The position numbers and the translations under genes were made by a program. A stretch of DNA of 64,000 nt from Candidatus Krumholzibacteriia bacterium (GTDB lineage: Bacteria; Krumholzibacteriota; Krumholzibacteriia; JAJRXK01), in NCBI GenBank assembly GCA_041484665.1, contig JBGPIA010000016.1:51169-115168 (forward strand), read 5' to 3'. A model generated the notes under the pieces. The model worked only from the letters and a program-made list of their open reading frames with translations, did not search any database and was not told the DNA's origin. Within the stretch, counting starts at the first letter, position 1. Each line of letters starts with the position of its first letter. Positions 37,896 to 46,752 of the stretch are shown piece by piece.

Positions 37896-40800
37896 ATGCC
37901 AAGACCCCGTCACGCCCGTCGGGCGCTGCTGCCGGCGCTCGCGCTCGCACTGCTCGCCAGCGTAGACCGGCCCGCGGATGGCGACGCGTCGTCACCTGCC
38001 CGCGCGGCTGGCGCTGCGTCTGGGTCCGCCCCGGCGGCTGGCAGCGTGTCAGCGCCTGCCCGCGCGTCGGACCCCGCCCTCAAGCAGCGCTACGACCGCG
38101 TGATCGCCATGGGCGACTCGCTAGTCGCCCTCGACCGGCAGGCCGATGCCCTGGCGCTGGTGCTGCCCGTGCTCGCGCAGGCGCGCGCCGTGCGGGACTC
38201 CAGCCTGCAGCTGTCGCTGGTGATGTTCCAGGGGAGCCTGCTCAACGGCCTGCAGCGCATGCGGGAGGCCGAGCCGGTCCTGCGCGAAGGCCTCGCTCTG
38301 GCCGGGGCGTTGCGCGACACGACCCGCATGTGCAACGCGCTCGACAACCTGGCCTTCGCCGCCGACGCGCTCGGGCGCAAGGATGACGCCATCGCGCAGC
38401 TCACGCGCCTGCGTGCGCTCGCCCAGCAGGGGCGGCTGCCGGCCAAGGCGATCTGGGCGCGCATGGGCCTCGCCCGCCAGGCAATGCGCAGCGGAGACCA
38501 CGCGGCCGCCAAGACCGAGCTGCAGGCGACCCTCGACGAGCTGGCCACGGTGGACAATCCCCATTACAAGGCCAGCGCGCTGAATCTGCTCGCCATCTGC
38601 CACAAGTCGCTGGGCGAGTGGAACGCGGCCATGGCCTGCTGGAGGAGCTGCCTGGATGTCGCGCGCAAGGCGAAGGACCAGAGGGTGGCGGCCACCGCCC
38701 TAACGAACCTCGCCACGATGGAATACTACCTGGGTGATCCTGACTCGGCGCTCCGCCACCAGCTCGAGATCCTGACCGACCTGCGCGCGCGTGGACAGTG
38801 GGACACCGTGGTCACCGCAGGCAGCAACGTGATCACGATGCAGACGTTGCTGCGGCAGTACGACGCGGCCGAGGCGCTCGCCGGCGAGCTGCTGCAGCTC
38901 TCGCAGGAGCGGGGCTTGCTCGACAAGCAGTGTCTGGTGCTCAACGTGCTGGGGATGCTGCGCATGGACCAGGATCGCAACGCCGAGGCCGCCAGCGCGT
39001 TCCGCCAGTCGCTCGCGTTGCAGGGCAGCAAGCCGGTAGACTTCGAGATGGAGGCGGCTACGGGGCTCTCGCAGGCCCTGGCCAAGATGGACAGCACCAC
39101 GGCGGCGCTGGCCTTCCTGCAGCAGAAGGACCGCGAGCTGCGCCCGCGCCTCTCGGTGGAGGTGGGCCACACCCTCGATCACGTGCTGGCCGACCGCCTG
39201 CTCGATGCCGGGCGCTACGATCAAGCGTTGCAGACGCTGCAGCGCCTCGACCGGGCCGGGCGCGAGACCGGCCGCTCGCTGTATCAAGTGAGCTGCCTGG
39301 CTCGTGCCGGGCGTTGCTTCCGCGCGCTGGGCCAGCCCGACAGTGCAAGGGCGTACTTGCGGCGCGCGGCACGCGTGTGGGAAGCGGAGCGCAGCGTGCC
39401 GCTGGATCCCCAGTGGCGCGAGCAGCGCGGCGAGGATGCCCGGCTGGTCGATACCGACCTGGCCGATCTGCTGTTGCAGGCCGGCGGCGCGCCCACGGCG
39501 AGCACCACTACGGCGAGCACCACTACGGCGAGCGCGGCCACGGCAAGCGCGCCCGCCGGTGCCTCACCGGCTCGCGCTTCCCTGCGGGACGCCTTCGAAG
39601 TGCTACAGCGGTTCAAGGCGCGCACGTTGCAGGAGCGCATGTTGGGTCCCGGAGCGGTCGCAACGGCCTTCAGCCCGGTGGCGCTGGATACCCTGCAGCA
39701 GCGCGTCCTGCAGCCCGGCGAGGTGTTCCTCGACTTCTACCTGGGGCCTCGGACATCGCTCCTGCTCGTCATCACTGCGGACTCGTGCCTCGTCGCGCGC
39801 CTACCGGGCGAGGAGCTGGAGCTCGCGCGGCGCGTGCGCCTCTGCCACGAGTTGATGGCCACGCCGCCTGCTGCCGGCGGCGCCGGAGCGCCCATGCAGG
39901 CGACGCTCGTGGAAGCGGGCCGCCAGCTGAGCGAGTTGTTGTTGGGCCCAGCCGCTGGACTGCTACGCGGCGCGCGCCGCGTTGTCTACAGCCCGGACGG
40001 TGTGCTCAACGTCATTCCGCTGGAGGCCTTGTGCGGCGCGCCGGATGGTGGCGGCGCATGCGCTCCTCTGCTGCAGGAGGGGGAGGTGTTCCGCGTTCCC
40101 TCGGCGACTCTGCTGGCGAAGCTGCGCGCTGCGCGGCGTCCGCCGCAACGCGGGGCGATCCTGGCTCTCACGGGGCGCGCCGAGCCTTCCGGAAGTTCGC
40201 TTCCAGGTGCGCAGCGCGAGGTGCGCGCGCTGGCGTCGAGCTTCGCCGGCGTCGAGCGCCGGGATGCCGGGTCCAAAGCGGCGGCAACCGCGCTGGCGCC
40301 GGCGGCCCTGGCGGGCTATGGGGTCCTCCACCTTGCAGCCCACACCGTGGTCGACGATCGGTACCCGTGGCGCTCGGCGATCCTGCTCGCGAGTAACGAC
40401 GCCGCCCCGGCGGAAGCCGGGCGGCGGGCAGCTCCGCAGGACGCGCCGGCCCCATCACGCAACGGGGGGCAGCAGCTGCAGGCCCCACCGCGCGAGGGGG
40501 TCATTGCTCCCGGCGACGAAGCCGCAGCCCAAAGCGGCGCACCTGGCGCCCTCTACGCTGCTGATATCGCGGTCCAGAAGCTCTCCGCGCGTCTGGCCGT
40601 GTTGTCCGCTTGCGAGTCCGCCGCCGGACGCGTGGTCTCCGGTGAGGGCGTCCAGGGATTGTCGAGCGCGTTCCTGAGCGCCGGCGTGCCGGCGGTGATC
40701 GGTACCCTGTGGCCCGTCGACGACGCGGCCACCGCCAGATTGATGCAGGTGTTCTACGATGACCTTGGCAACGGACACCGCCCAGCCGCGGCGCTGCGCC

Positions 40801-41015
40801 GCGCGCAGCTCGTTCTGCGCAGCGCGGCGGCGACAGCGCAGCCCTACTACTGGGCCGGATTCGTGCTGGTGGGAGACGGCGATGTGACCGTCGAGCTCCA
40901 CCGCCGCCCGAACATCCCCCTGTCCTTGTTGGTCGTGGGCGTGATGCTCCTGTCCGGCAGGTTGCTGGTCGTCGTGACGCGCTGGTGGAGCGCGAAGCGA
41001 AACGCGGCCGCCTGA
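37896..41015 (+). CDS. TPR-CHAT domain protein with signal peptide and C-terminal TM
   Basis: TPR helices, then SPDGVL, LPGAQREV, HLAAH, VLSACES, LWPVDD and PYYWAGFVLVG. Hydrophobic C-terminal helix followed by basic residues. Confidence 0.9.
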   Translation: MPRPRHARRALLPALALALLASVDRPADGDASSPARAAGAASGSAPAAGSVSAPARASDPALKQRYDRVIAMGDSLVALDRQADALALVLPVLAQARAVRDSSLQLSLVMFQGSLLNGLQRMREAEPVLREGLALAGALRDTTRMCNALDNLAFAADALGRKDDAIAQLTRLRALAQQGRLPAKAIWARMGLARQAMRSGDHAAAKTELQATLDELATVDNPHYKASALNLLAICHKSLGEWNAAMACWRSCLDVARKAKDQRVAATALTNLATMEYYLGDPDSALRHQLEILTDLRARGQWDTVVTAGSNVITMQTLLRQYDAAEALAGELLQLSQERGLLDKQCLVLNVLGMLRMDQDRNAEAASAFRQSLALQGSKPVDFEMEAATGLSQALAKMDSTTAALAFLQQKDRELRPRLSVEVGHTLDHVLADRLLDAGRYDQALQTLQRLDRAGRETGRSLYQVSCLARAGRCFRALGQPDSARAYLRRAARVWEAERSVPLDPQWREQRGEDARLVDTDLADLLLQAGGAPTASTTTASTTTASAATASAPAGASPARASLRDAFEVLQRFKARTLQERMLGPGAVATAFSPVALDTLQQRVLQPGEVFLDFYLGPRTSLLLVITADSCLVARLPGEELELARRVRLCHELMATPPAAGGAGAPMQATLVEAGRQLSELLLGPAAGLLRGARRVVYSPDGVLNVIPLEALCGAPDGGGACAPLLQEGEVFRVPSATLLAKLRAARRPPQRGAILALTGRAEPSGSSLPGAQREVRALASSFAGVERRDAGSKAAATALAPAALAGYGVLHLAAHTVVDDRYPWRSAILLASNDAAPAEAGRRAAPQDAPAPSRNGGQQLQAPPREGVIAPGDEAAAQSGAPGALYAADIAVQKLSARLAVLSACESAAGRVVSGEGVQGLSSAFLSAGVPAVIGTLWPVDDAATARLMQVFYDDLGNGHRPAAALRRAQLVLRSAAATAQPYYWAGFVLVGDGDVTVELHRRPNIPLSLLVVGVMLLSGRLLVVVTRWWSAKRNAAA
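39495..39549. repeat. In-frame 15-bp tandem repeat
   Basis: acggcgagcaccact x2 plus degenerate copies, encoding TASTT. Confidence 0.8.
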
Positions 41016-41156
41016 GCGCCAGCCGATCCGGGTGCAGAGCCGCCTCGATACCCACCCGTACGATCACCCTCCGTCGCTCGCGACGCCCTGGGCGTGGCTT
41101 CAAGAGGCCCTGCGTGGGCCGTTCATGCGTCGCCTCTCCTCAAGCCCCATGTCGGG

Positions 41157-42722
41157 TCATGCCGTCCCTCCCCGCCGCTCGATCACCATCTCGATCGCCC
41201 GGCTGGGGCGAAGCGTGATCGACGGCGCCGGCGCGATCGATTGCCCCGGCACGAGCCGAAGCCGCCAGCGCTGTGCCAGCGTCGCCAGCACCAGGCCCAT
41301 CTCCAGCCACGCGAACGACTCGCCGATGCACACGCGCGGGCCGGCCCCGAAGGGGAAATACGCGAACTTCGGCCGCTGCGCCCGCGCCTGCGGAGCCCAG
41401 CGCTGCGGATCGAACTCCTCGGGCCGCGGATACCAACGCGCGTCGCGGTGGGCCACCCATTGGCTCATGATCACGAACGAGCCCGCCGGAACCCGGTACC
41501 CGCCCAGCTCCACGTCCACGAGCGCCCGCCGCCCCAGGATCCACGCCGGAGGGTACAGGCGCATCGACTCGGTGAGCACCATCTCGGTGTAGGGCAAGCG
41601 CGGCCAATCGCGGGGCTGTGGTGCGCGGCCGCCCAGCACGGCATCCAGCTCGGCGTGGAGTTGCGCCTCCGCCTGCGGGGCCTGCGCCAGCAGGAACCAT
41701 GTCCACGCCATGGCCACGGCGGTCGTCTCGTGCCCCGCCAGCAAGAGCGTGATCGCCTCGTCGCGCACCTGCTGGTCGCTCATGCGCGCGCCGGGCTCCA
41801 GCTCGTCGTGCGCCAGCAGCAGCATCGACAGCAGGTCGCCACGGTCCACGCCCGCGGCGCGGTGCTCGGCGATCATGCGGTCGATGGTGGCGTCGAGGCG
41901 CTGCTTGGCCTTGCGAAATGTGCGGCCGGGACCGACGGGCAGGCCGGCCAGGGCCTCTCCCCAGGGCAGCATCAGCTGGTTGAACAGACCGAGGGCGGCG
42001 CCCAAGGCGACGCCGATTTCGTCGGCCTCGTCCTCGACCTCCGTGGCGAACAGCGTCGTGCCGACGATGGACAGCGTCAGGCGCATCATCTCGCGCCAGA
42101 CGTCGATCGTTGCGCCGTCCTCCCAATGGTCGCGCAGCCGCCGCGCTCGCTCCGCCATGACCGCGCCGTAGCCACCCGAATCGCCGTAGCCCTCCGAGCC
42201 GGCGTGGCCGCTGAAGTCGCCGCGGGCGCCCGATTCGGCGTGGTCGACGCGTTCGCCGTAGCCGCCCGATCCCATGATCCGCTCCGGCCGAAACGCGGGC
42301 TGCGAAAGGCGGCGTTGGCGCGCGTGCAGCTCTCCCTCGCTGGTGAGCAGCCCCTCGCCCAGCAGGCGCTTGGCCCGCTGCAGCCCGCGCCCTTTCATGA
42401 AGCTGCGATGCTGGGTGACCAGCACCGCCTTGATCAGGTCGGGATGGTTGACGAAGGTGACCGGCTGGCGGGCCAGGCGGAAGCGGGCGATGTCGCCGTG
42501 GTCGCGCGCCAGACTCGTGAGCAGGCGCAGCGGATCGCGGCGCATCGCGAGCACGATCGCGCCCGGAAAACGGGATCGGGGGCCCGGCGGGTGCGGACCC
42601 GGTGGGTTGGAGCCGGGCAGGTGACGGCCCGGGGGATCAAAGCCCGGTGGCTGTGGGCCCGGCGATCGCGGGTCCGGCCCCGACGTGGAGTGCGGAGTTG
42701 CGTCGAGCGTCGGCGGCTCCAT
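41157..42722 (-). CDS. Cytochrome P450
   Basis: AGHETT, ESMR (ExxR), FDPQRW and FPFGAGPRVCIG. Confidence 0.95.
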   Translation of the reverse strand: MEPPTLDATPHSTSGPDPRSPGPQPPGFDPPGRHLPGSNPPGPHPPGPRSRFPGAIVLAMRRDPLRLLTSLARDHGDIARFRLARQPVTFVNHPDLIKAVLVTQHRSFMKGRGLQRAKRLLGEGLLTSEGELHARQRRLSQPAFRPERIMGSGGYGERVDHAESGARGDFSGHAGSEGYGDSGGYGAVMAERARRLRDHWEDGATIDVWREMMRLTLSIVGTTLFATEVEDEADEIGVALGAALGLFNQLMLPWGEALAGLPVGPGRTFRKAKQRLDATIDRMIAEHRAAGVDRGDLLSMLLLAHDELEPGARMSDQQVRDEAITLLLAGHETTAVAMAWTWFLLAQAPQAEAQLHAELDAVLGGRAPQPRDWPRLPYTEMVLTESMRLYPPAWILGRRALVDVELGGYRVPAGSFVIMSQWVAHRDARWYPRPEEFDPQRWAPQARAQRPKFAYFPFGAGPRVCIGESFAWLEMGLVLATLAQRWRLRLVPGQSIAPAPSITLRPSRAIEMVIERRGGTA

Positions 42723-43078
42723 CGCGCGCGCGCTGGCTCGGGCGTAAGCGCTCTGCTTCCAAAGCGTCTGCGCGAACTTCGGCGCGTGCGCGGTACGCGC
42801 GGCGGCCCGGTCGTGTCCGCGGCGAGCCGACCACCTTCACTGCAGCTCGACCGCGAGCGGGCTCGGGAGCGTAGCACAGCCATCGCCGCGGCTGACAGGA
42901 CTCCGAGCAGCGTGCTGGGCTGCCGATGGCCGTGCCCCTCCCGGATGACCGACGCTGCTGCTGCACATCCGCAGCATCCGGTGTACCATAGAATGCCATT
43001 GCGGGGCTCGCCCGCGGGATTGCATCTGCACGCGGGCAGCGGCCATCGGCTGTCCAACCCATGGGAGAGGGAGCTGCC

Positions 43079-43786
43079 ATGCACGACCCACGCAGCAATC
43101 GTCTGCGCCCCCCGAACCGACCCTGCGCATGCCGCACCACAGCGCGGCTCGCCGCTCGGACCGCCCGGGCGATTGCGGTCGCTCTGGTGCTGGGCCTGTG
43201 CGCCAGCGGTTGCGCGCCTTCCAGCCGCATCACCCAGCTTTGGAAGGACCCGGCGTACAGTGGCGCTCCGATGAAATCGATGATGGTCTTCTGCATCAAG
43301 AAGGACCCCGTCCGCCAGCGTGTGTGGGAGGACGCGTTCGTCACGGAGCTGGCCAAGTGCGGAGTCCAGGCCACGCCGTCGTACACCTTGTTCGTGAACG
43401 GACAGGTCGACACCCTGAAAGCCCACGATGCGATCGACCAGGGTGTCCGGGATGGCTTCCTGATGGTCAAAAACCTCGGCAAGGACACCAAGACCACCGT
43501 CATCCCCGGCATGACGACGCGCGAGGTGGTTGGGCGCCACTACGACCCGGTCTGGCGCACGTTCGAGACCGTGTACCGGGAGGTCAAGGCGCCGGACTAC
43601 GTCGAGACGGAGACGGTCCGCAGTTACGAGTCGAATCTGTTCAGCGGCGGTGACGAGCGCCAGCTGGTCTGGTCTGGCGAGAGCGCGGCGGTCAACGCGG
43701 AGTCCTCCCAGGACGCCGGGCAGAAAACGGCGAAGACCATCGTCGCGGGGCTCCGCAAGAGCGGGCTGATCCGCGCGGCCAAGTAA
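43079..43786 (+). CDS. Hypothetical lipoprotein
   Basis: Lipobox-like ASG-C, then WKDPAY, RVWEDAFV and LVWSGES. Confidence 0.7.
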   Translation: MHDPRSNRLRPPNRPCACRTTARLAARTARAIAVALVLGLCASGCAPSSRITQLWKDPAYSGAPMKSMMVFCIKKDPVRQRVWEDAFVTELAKCGVQATPSYTLFVNGQVDTLKAHDAIDQGVRDGFLMVKNLGKDTKTTVIPGMTTREVVGRHYDPVWRTFETVYREVKAPDYVETETVRSYESNLFSGGDERQLVWSGESAAVNAESSQDAGQKTAKTIVAGLRKSGLIRAAK

Positions 43787-43913
43787 GGTCGTGGTGGCCG
43801 GCTATGTCGGTGCGCGCCGCGGCGGCGCGCCACACGATGTCGATGTCTGAGTTCTGCATCAAGTCCGGCGAGCATGGCGCCGGTGAACGGATCTTCCCTG
43901 GAGGTAACCCCCG

Positions 43914-45098
43914 ATGAACATGCAGATCGCAGCGTTCTTCCGCATGGTGGCGGCGATGACGCCCACGCTGCTGGGCGCCGCCGGCGCAGCGTGGGCGTCC
44001 CCGGCGCCCAGTGACAATCCAGCAATGGTCGGTGGCTGGGACGTCGGACACCAGACCATGCGCGCGAGCTCCGCCGGTGAGCGCGATCCCAATCCAGCCC
44101 TGGTCGGATTCTGGGGTGTGGGCAAGGGCGGCAGCCACGACCGCCACAGCAACCCGACCCTGGTCGGGTTCTGGGGCGTCAACGCCCAGAACGCGGCGGC
44201 GGGACCGGCGCGCGGGAACAACCCGGCCCTGGTCGGAACGTGGGCGTTCTCGGGCGACAGCGACGGCGACGGCGTGCTCGACGAACAGGATCATTGCGCC
44301 AACACCCCCCGGGGCGCGGTGGTGGACTCCCAAGGCTGCCCGGTTGACAGCGATGGCGACGCCGTTCCCGACGGCATCGATCAGTGCGCCAATACGCCGC
44401 GGGGCGCCAAGGTCGACGCCAAGGGCTGCACAATGGACTCCGACGGTGACGGCGTCGTCGATGGCATCGACCAGTGCGGCAGTACGCCGAAGGGCGCCAA
44501 GGTGGATGCCAGGGGCTGCCCTGTCGACAGCGACGGCGATGGCATCCCCGACGGCGTCGATCAGTGCGCGGACACCGCGCGAGGCGCCAAGGTCGATGCG
44601 AAGGGCTGTCCCAAGGACAGCGATGGCGACGGCGTCCCCGACGGCATCGATCAGTGTGCGGACACCCCCAAGGGCGCGAAGATCGACGCCAAGGGCTGCC
44701 CGATCACCCCGAAGGAGGCGGAGCTCCTCGACACCGGGACGCTGCGCCTGCAGCAGGTCTACTTCGACTCGCGCGAGGCAACCCTCAAGCCGGAGTCGTA
44801 CCCCGCCCTGGACGAGGTGGGGCAGATCCTCACGAAGTGGCCGCAGCTGAAGCTGGAGGTCGGCGGACACACGGACAACCGTGCCGGTGACGCCTTCAAC
44901 AAGGACCTCTCCCAGAAGAGGGCCCAGGCGGTGCTGGACTACCTGGTGCAGAAGTTCTCCGGTATCAACCGCAGCCAGTTCACGGTCGTCGGCTACGGCG
45001 AGAGCCAGCCCCTCACCAGCAACGGCACCGACGCCGGCCGGGCTCAGAACCGCCGCGTGGAGTTCAAGGTGCTCAATCGGGAGGTCCTGAAGAAGTAG
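43914..45098 (+). CDS. OmpA-family peptidoglycan-binding protein with five TSP3 Ca-binding repeats and an N-terminal NPxxVGxW repeat
   Basis: GGAGG RBS and a signal peptide. Five DSDGD..D..D.C...GC units. OmpA motifs GHTD, LSQKRAQAV, GYGE and NRRVEF. Confidence 0.9.
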   Translation: MNMQIAAFFRMVAAMTPTLLGAAGAAWASPAPSDNPAMVGGWDVGHQTMRASSAGERDPNPALVGFWGVGKGGSHDRHSNPTLVGFWGVNAQNAAAGPARGNNPALVGTWAFSGDSDGDGVLDEQDHCANTPRGAVVDSQGCPVDSDGDAVPDGIDQCANTPRGAKVDAKGCTMDSDGDGVVDGIDQCGSTPKGAKVDARGCPVDSDGDGIPDGVDQCADTARGAKVDAKGCPKDSDGDGVPDGIDQCADTPKGAKIDAKGCPITPKEAELLDTGTLRLQQVYFDSREATLKPESYPALDEVGQILTKWPQLKLEVGGHTDNRAGDAFNKDLSQKRAQAVLDYLVQKFSGINRSQFTVVGYGESQPLTSNGTDAGRAQNRRVEFKVLNREVLKK

Positions 45099-45112
45099 CG
45101 TGGAAGTAGCGG

Positions 45113-45140
45113 GGCGCGGCGGGACGGGATCCGCCGCGCC
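45113..45140. terminator. GC-rich hairpin between convergent genes
   Basis: ggcgcggcgg - 8-nt loop - ccgccgcgcc, followed by tctt. Confidence 0.55.
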
Positions 45141-45197
45141 TCTTCGCTTGGGCTGCGGCGCGAACGAGCGGGTGGCCCTGCGCGCGGCTGCGGCCCG

Positions 45198-46586
45198 CTA
45201 CGGTTGACCCCCGCCCGCCGGGTTGTGCGCAGGCTTGTCGGCTGGCCGGTGGCCAGCGGCCGGCTGTGCGAGCAGCGCTTGCAGCTCGGCGCCGAGGACA
45301 TCCTCGAGGTCCTCCCGGAAGCCGATGTGCACGTGGGCGACGCGGCCCGAGCGATCGATGACGGTTGTGTGCGGAATGCCGGCGACGCCGTACAAGTCCC
45401 CCACCTCACCCCTCGGGTCGAGGGCGACGCGCAAGGACACATGGCGGTCCCGCACGAAGCTCGCGACGCGTTCGGTGCCCTCGCGCAGGTCGATCGCGTA
45501 GAAGACGACACCCTGCGGGCGGAAGCGCTCCGCGACGTGCTCGACGAGCGGCATGGCGATCACGCATGGCCGGCACCAGGTCGCCCAGAAGTCGAGCACG
45601 ATCACGTCCTTGCCCAGGTGCTGGGATAGATCAACGGTGCCGCCGCCGAGCTGCTCCAGCCTGAAGGGCTTCGCCGGGAGCCCCTCGGAGGGATGCGGCC
45701 TCGCTTCTGCGTCGCCGCCAGCGGCGCCCCGCATGAGCGCCTTCATCTCCTCCGCAGTGGGATAGAGCGTGTCGGCTTTGTTGAGCCCCAGTGCAGGCTT
45801 GATCGTGAACGTCGCGCGCGGAGGTGGTGTGTTGCTCCAGTCGGTGAACTCCTGGAGCACCGCTGCCCGCACCGTCGACGTGCTATCGACACGCGCTGAT
45901 TGCCCTGACCGCCCATTCCGGCCGGCCGCCCGGCCCTGCTGCACGCGCAGGCAGCGGCGCAGCCAGGGCTGGGCTCCGTCCTCGACCCACACGTCCATCT
46001 GGCCGCCGGGGCCCATCTGCTGGAGGTGATGGCAGATCGCTCCGGCGACCTGCTCCATTCCAAGGTGGATGTACGCCGCGCCGCTGTCCCCGAGCGCGCG
46101 TCCGGTCAGCAGGCCCAGCAGGATGTCCAGCCCCGGGACGAGGGTCGGGAGCTGCTCGCTCAACTGGCCGAAAGTGCCAGGCGCGCCCAGGAGTGTGTAC
46201 CGGCGCAGCGCGGGCATGGACAGGTAGAGCTTTTTTCCGTCGCACACCACGTCCCCGCTGCCGGCGCCCACGGTGGTGCGTACCGCCAGGAGATTGGGAC
46301 GCTCGGCCCCGACCTCCAGCTGCACCTCGACCTTCCCGGAGAGCGCGCTGGACTCGACGCTCGCGGTGGACTTCGCTTGCAAGCCGCGCAGCGAGCCATA
46401 GAACTTACGCGCGGCGTCGAGCACGCGTGTGGCGTCGGCGCGCGCTTGCGTCGACCCGTCACCGGGCGGCGCGCCCGAGGCGAGCAATGCGCTCGTGGCG
46501 AGCGGAGCGCACAGACCGGCGAACGCAATCGAGAGCAGCACTACGGCCAGTGCCACGCGGACGCGGCGTCCGGCGACCACCGGCAT
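45198..46586 (-). CDS. DUF2092-like plus TlpA/redoxin thiol-disulfide oxidoreductase
   Basis: Signal peptide, a LolA-like/DUF2092 region (ERPNLL...VVCDGKKL...MDVWVEDG), then DFWATWCRPC and GIP. Confidence 0.85.
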   Translation of the reverse strand: MPVVAGRRVRVALAVVLLSIAFAGLCAPLATSALLASGAPPGDGSTQARADATRVLDAARKFYGSLRGLQAKSTASVESSALSGKVEVQLEVGAERPNLLAVRTTVGAGSGDVVCDGKKLYLSMPALRRYTLLGAPGTFGQLSEQLPTLVPGLDILLGLLTGRALGDSGAAYIHLGMEQVAGAICHHLQQMGPGGQMDVWVEDGAQPWLRRCLRVQQGRAAGRNGRSGQSARVDSTSTVRAAVLQEFTDWSNTPPPRATFTIKPALGLNKADTLYPTAEEMKALMRGAAGGDAEARPHPSEGLPAKPFRLEQLGGGTVDLSQHLGKDVIVLDFWATWCRPCVIAMPLVEHVAERFRPQGVVFYAIDLREGTERVASFVRDRHVSLRVALDPRGEVGDLYGVAGIPHTTVIDRSGRVAHVHIGFREDLEDVLGAELQALLAQPAAGHRPADKPAHNPAGGGQP

Positions 46587-46752
46587 GGCACGATGGCGCT
46601 CGGGGGACATCCAGACGCACCTTTCGCAACGGGGACGTTTGCGACGGGACGCGCCCGCCAGCGGCGGGCCGCAGAGAACGACCAGGGGCGCGGCCGCCAC
46701 GCGTCGTGCGCGCGGCTGCGCCCCAAAAGACGGACTCGGCCCGCAGACCGTG

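Noticed and set aside
31888..42722. Terpene biosynthetic cluster (cyclase-like gene plus P450)
   Set aside because: The prenyltransferase-like protein is short and lacks a DxDD motif, and the two genes are about 8 kb apart with unrelated genes between them.
44016..44243. CRISPR-like pattern of ~25-bp repeats with variable spacers
   Set aside because: The repeats vary at synonymous positions, stay in frame inside a coding gene, and no cas genes are present. This is a protein-level repeat.
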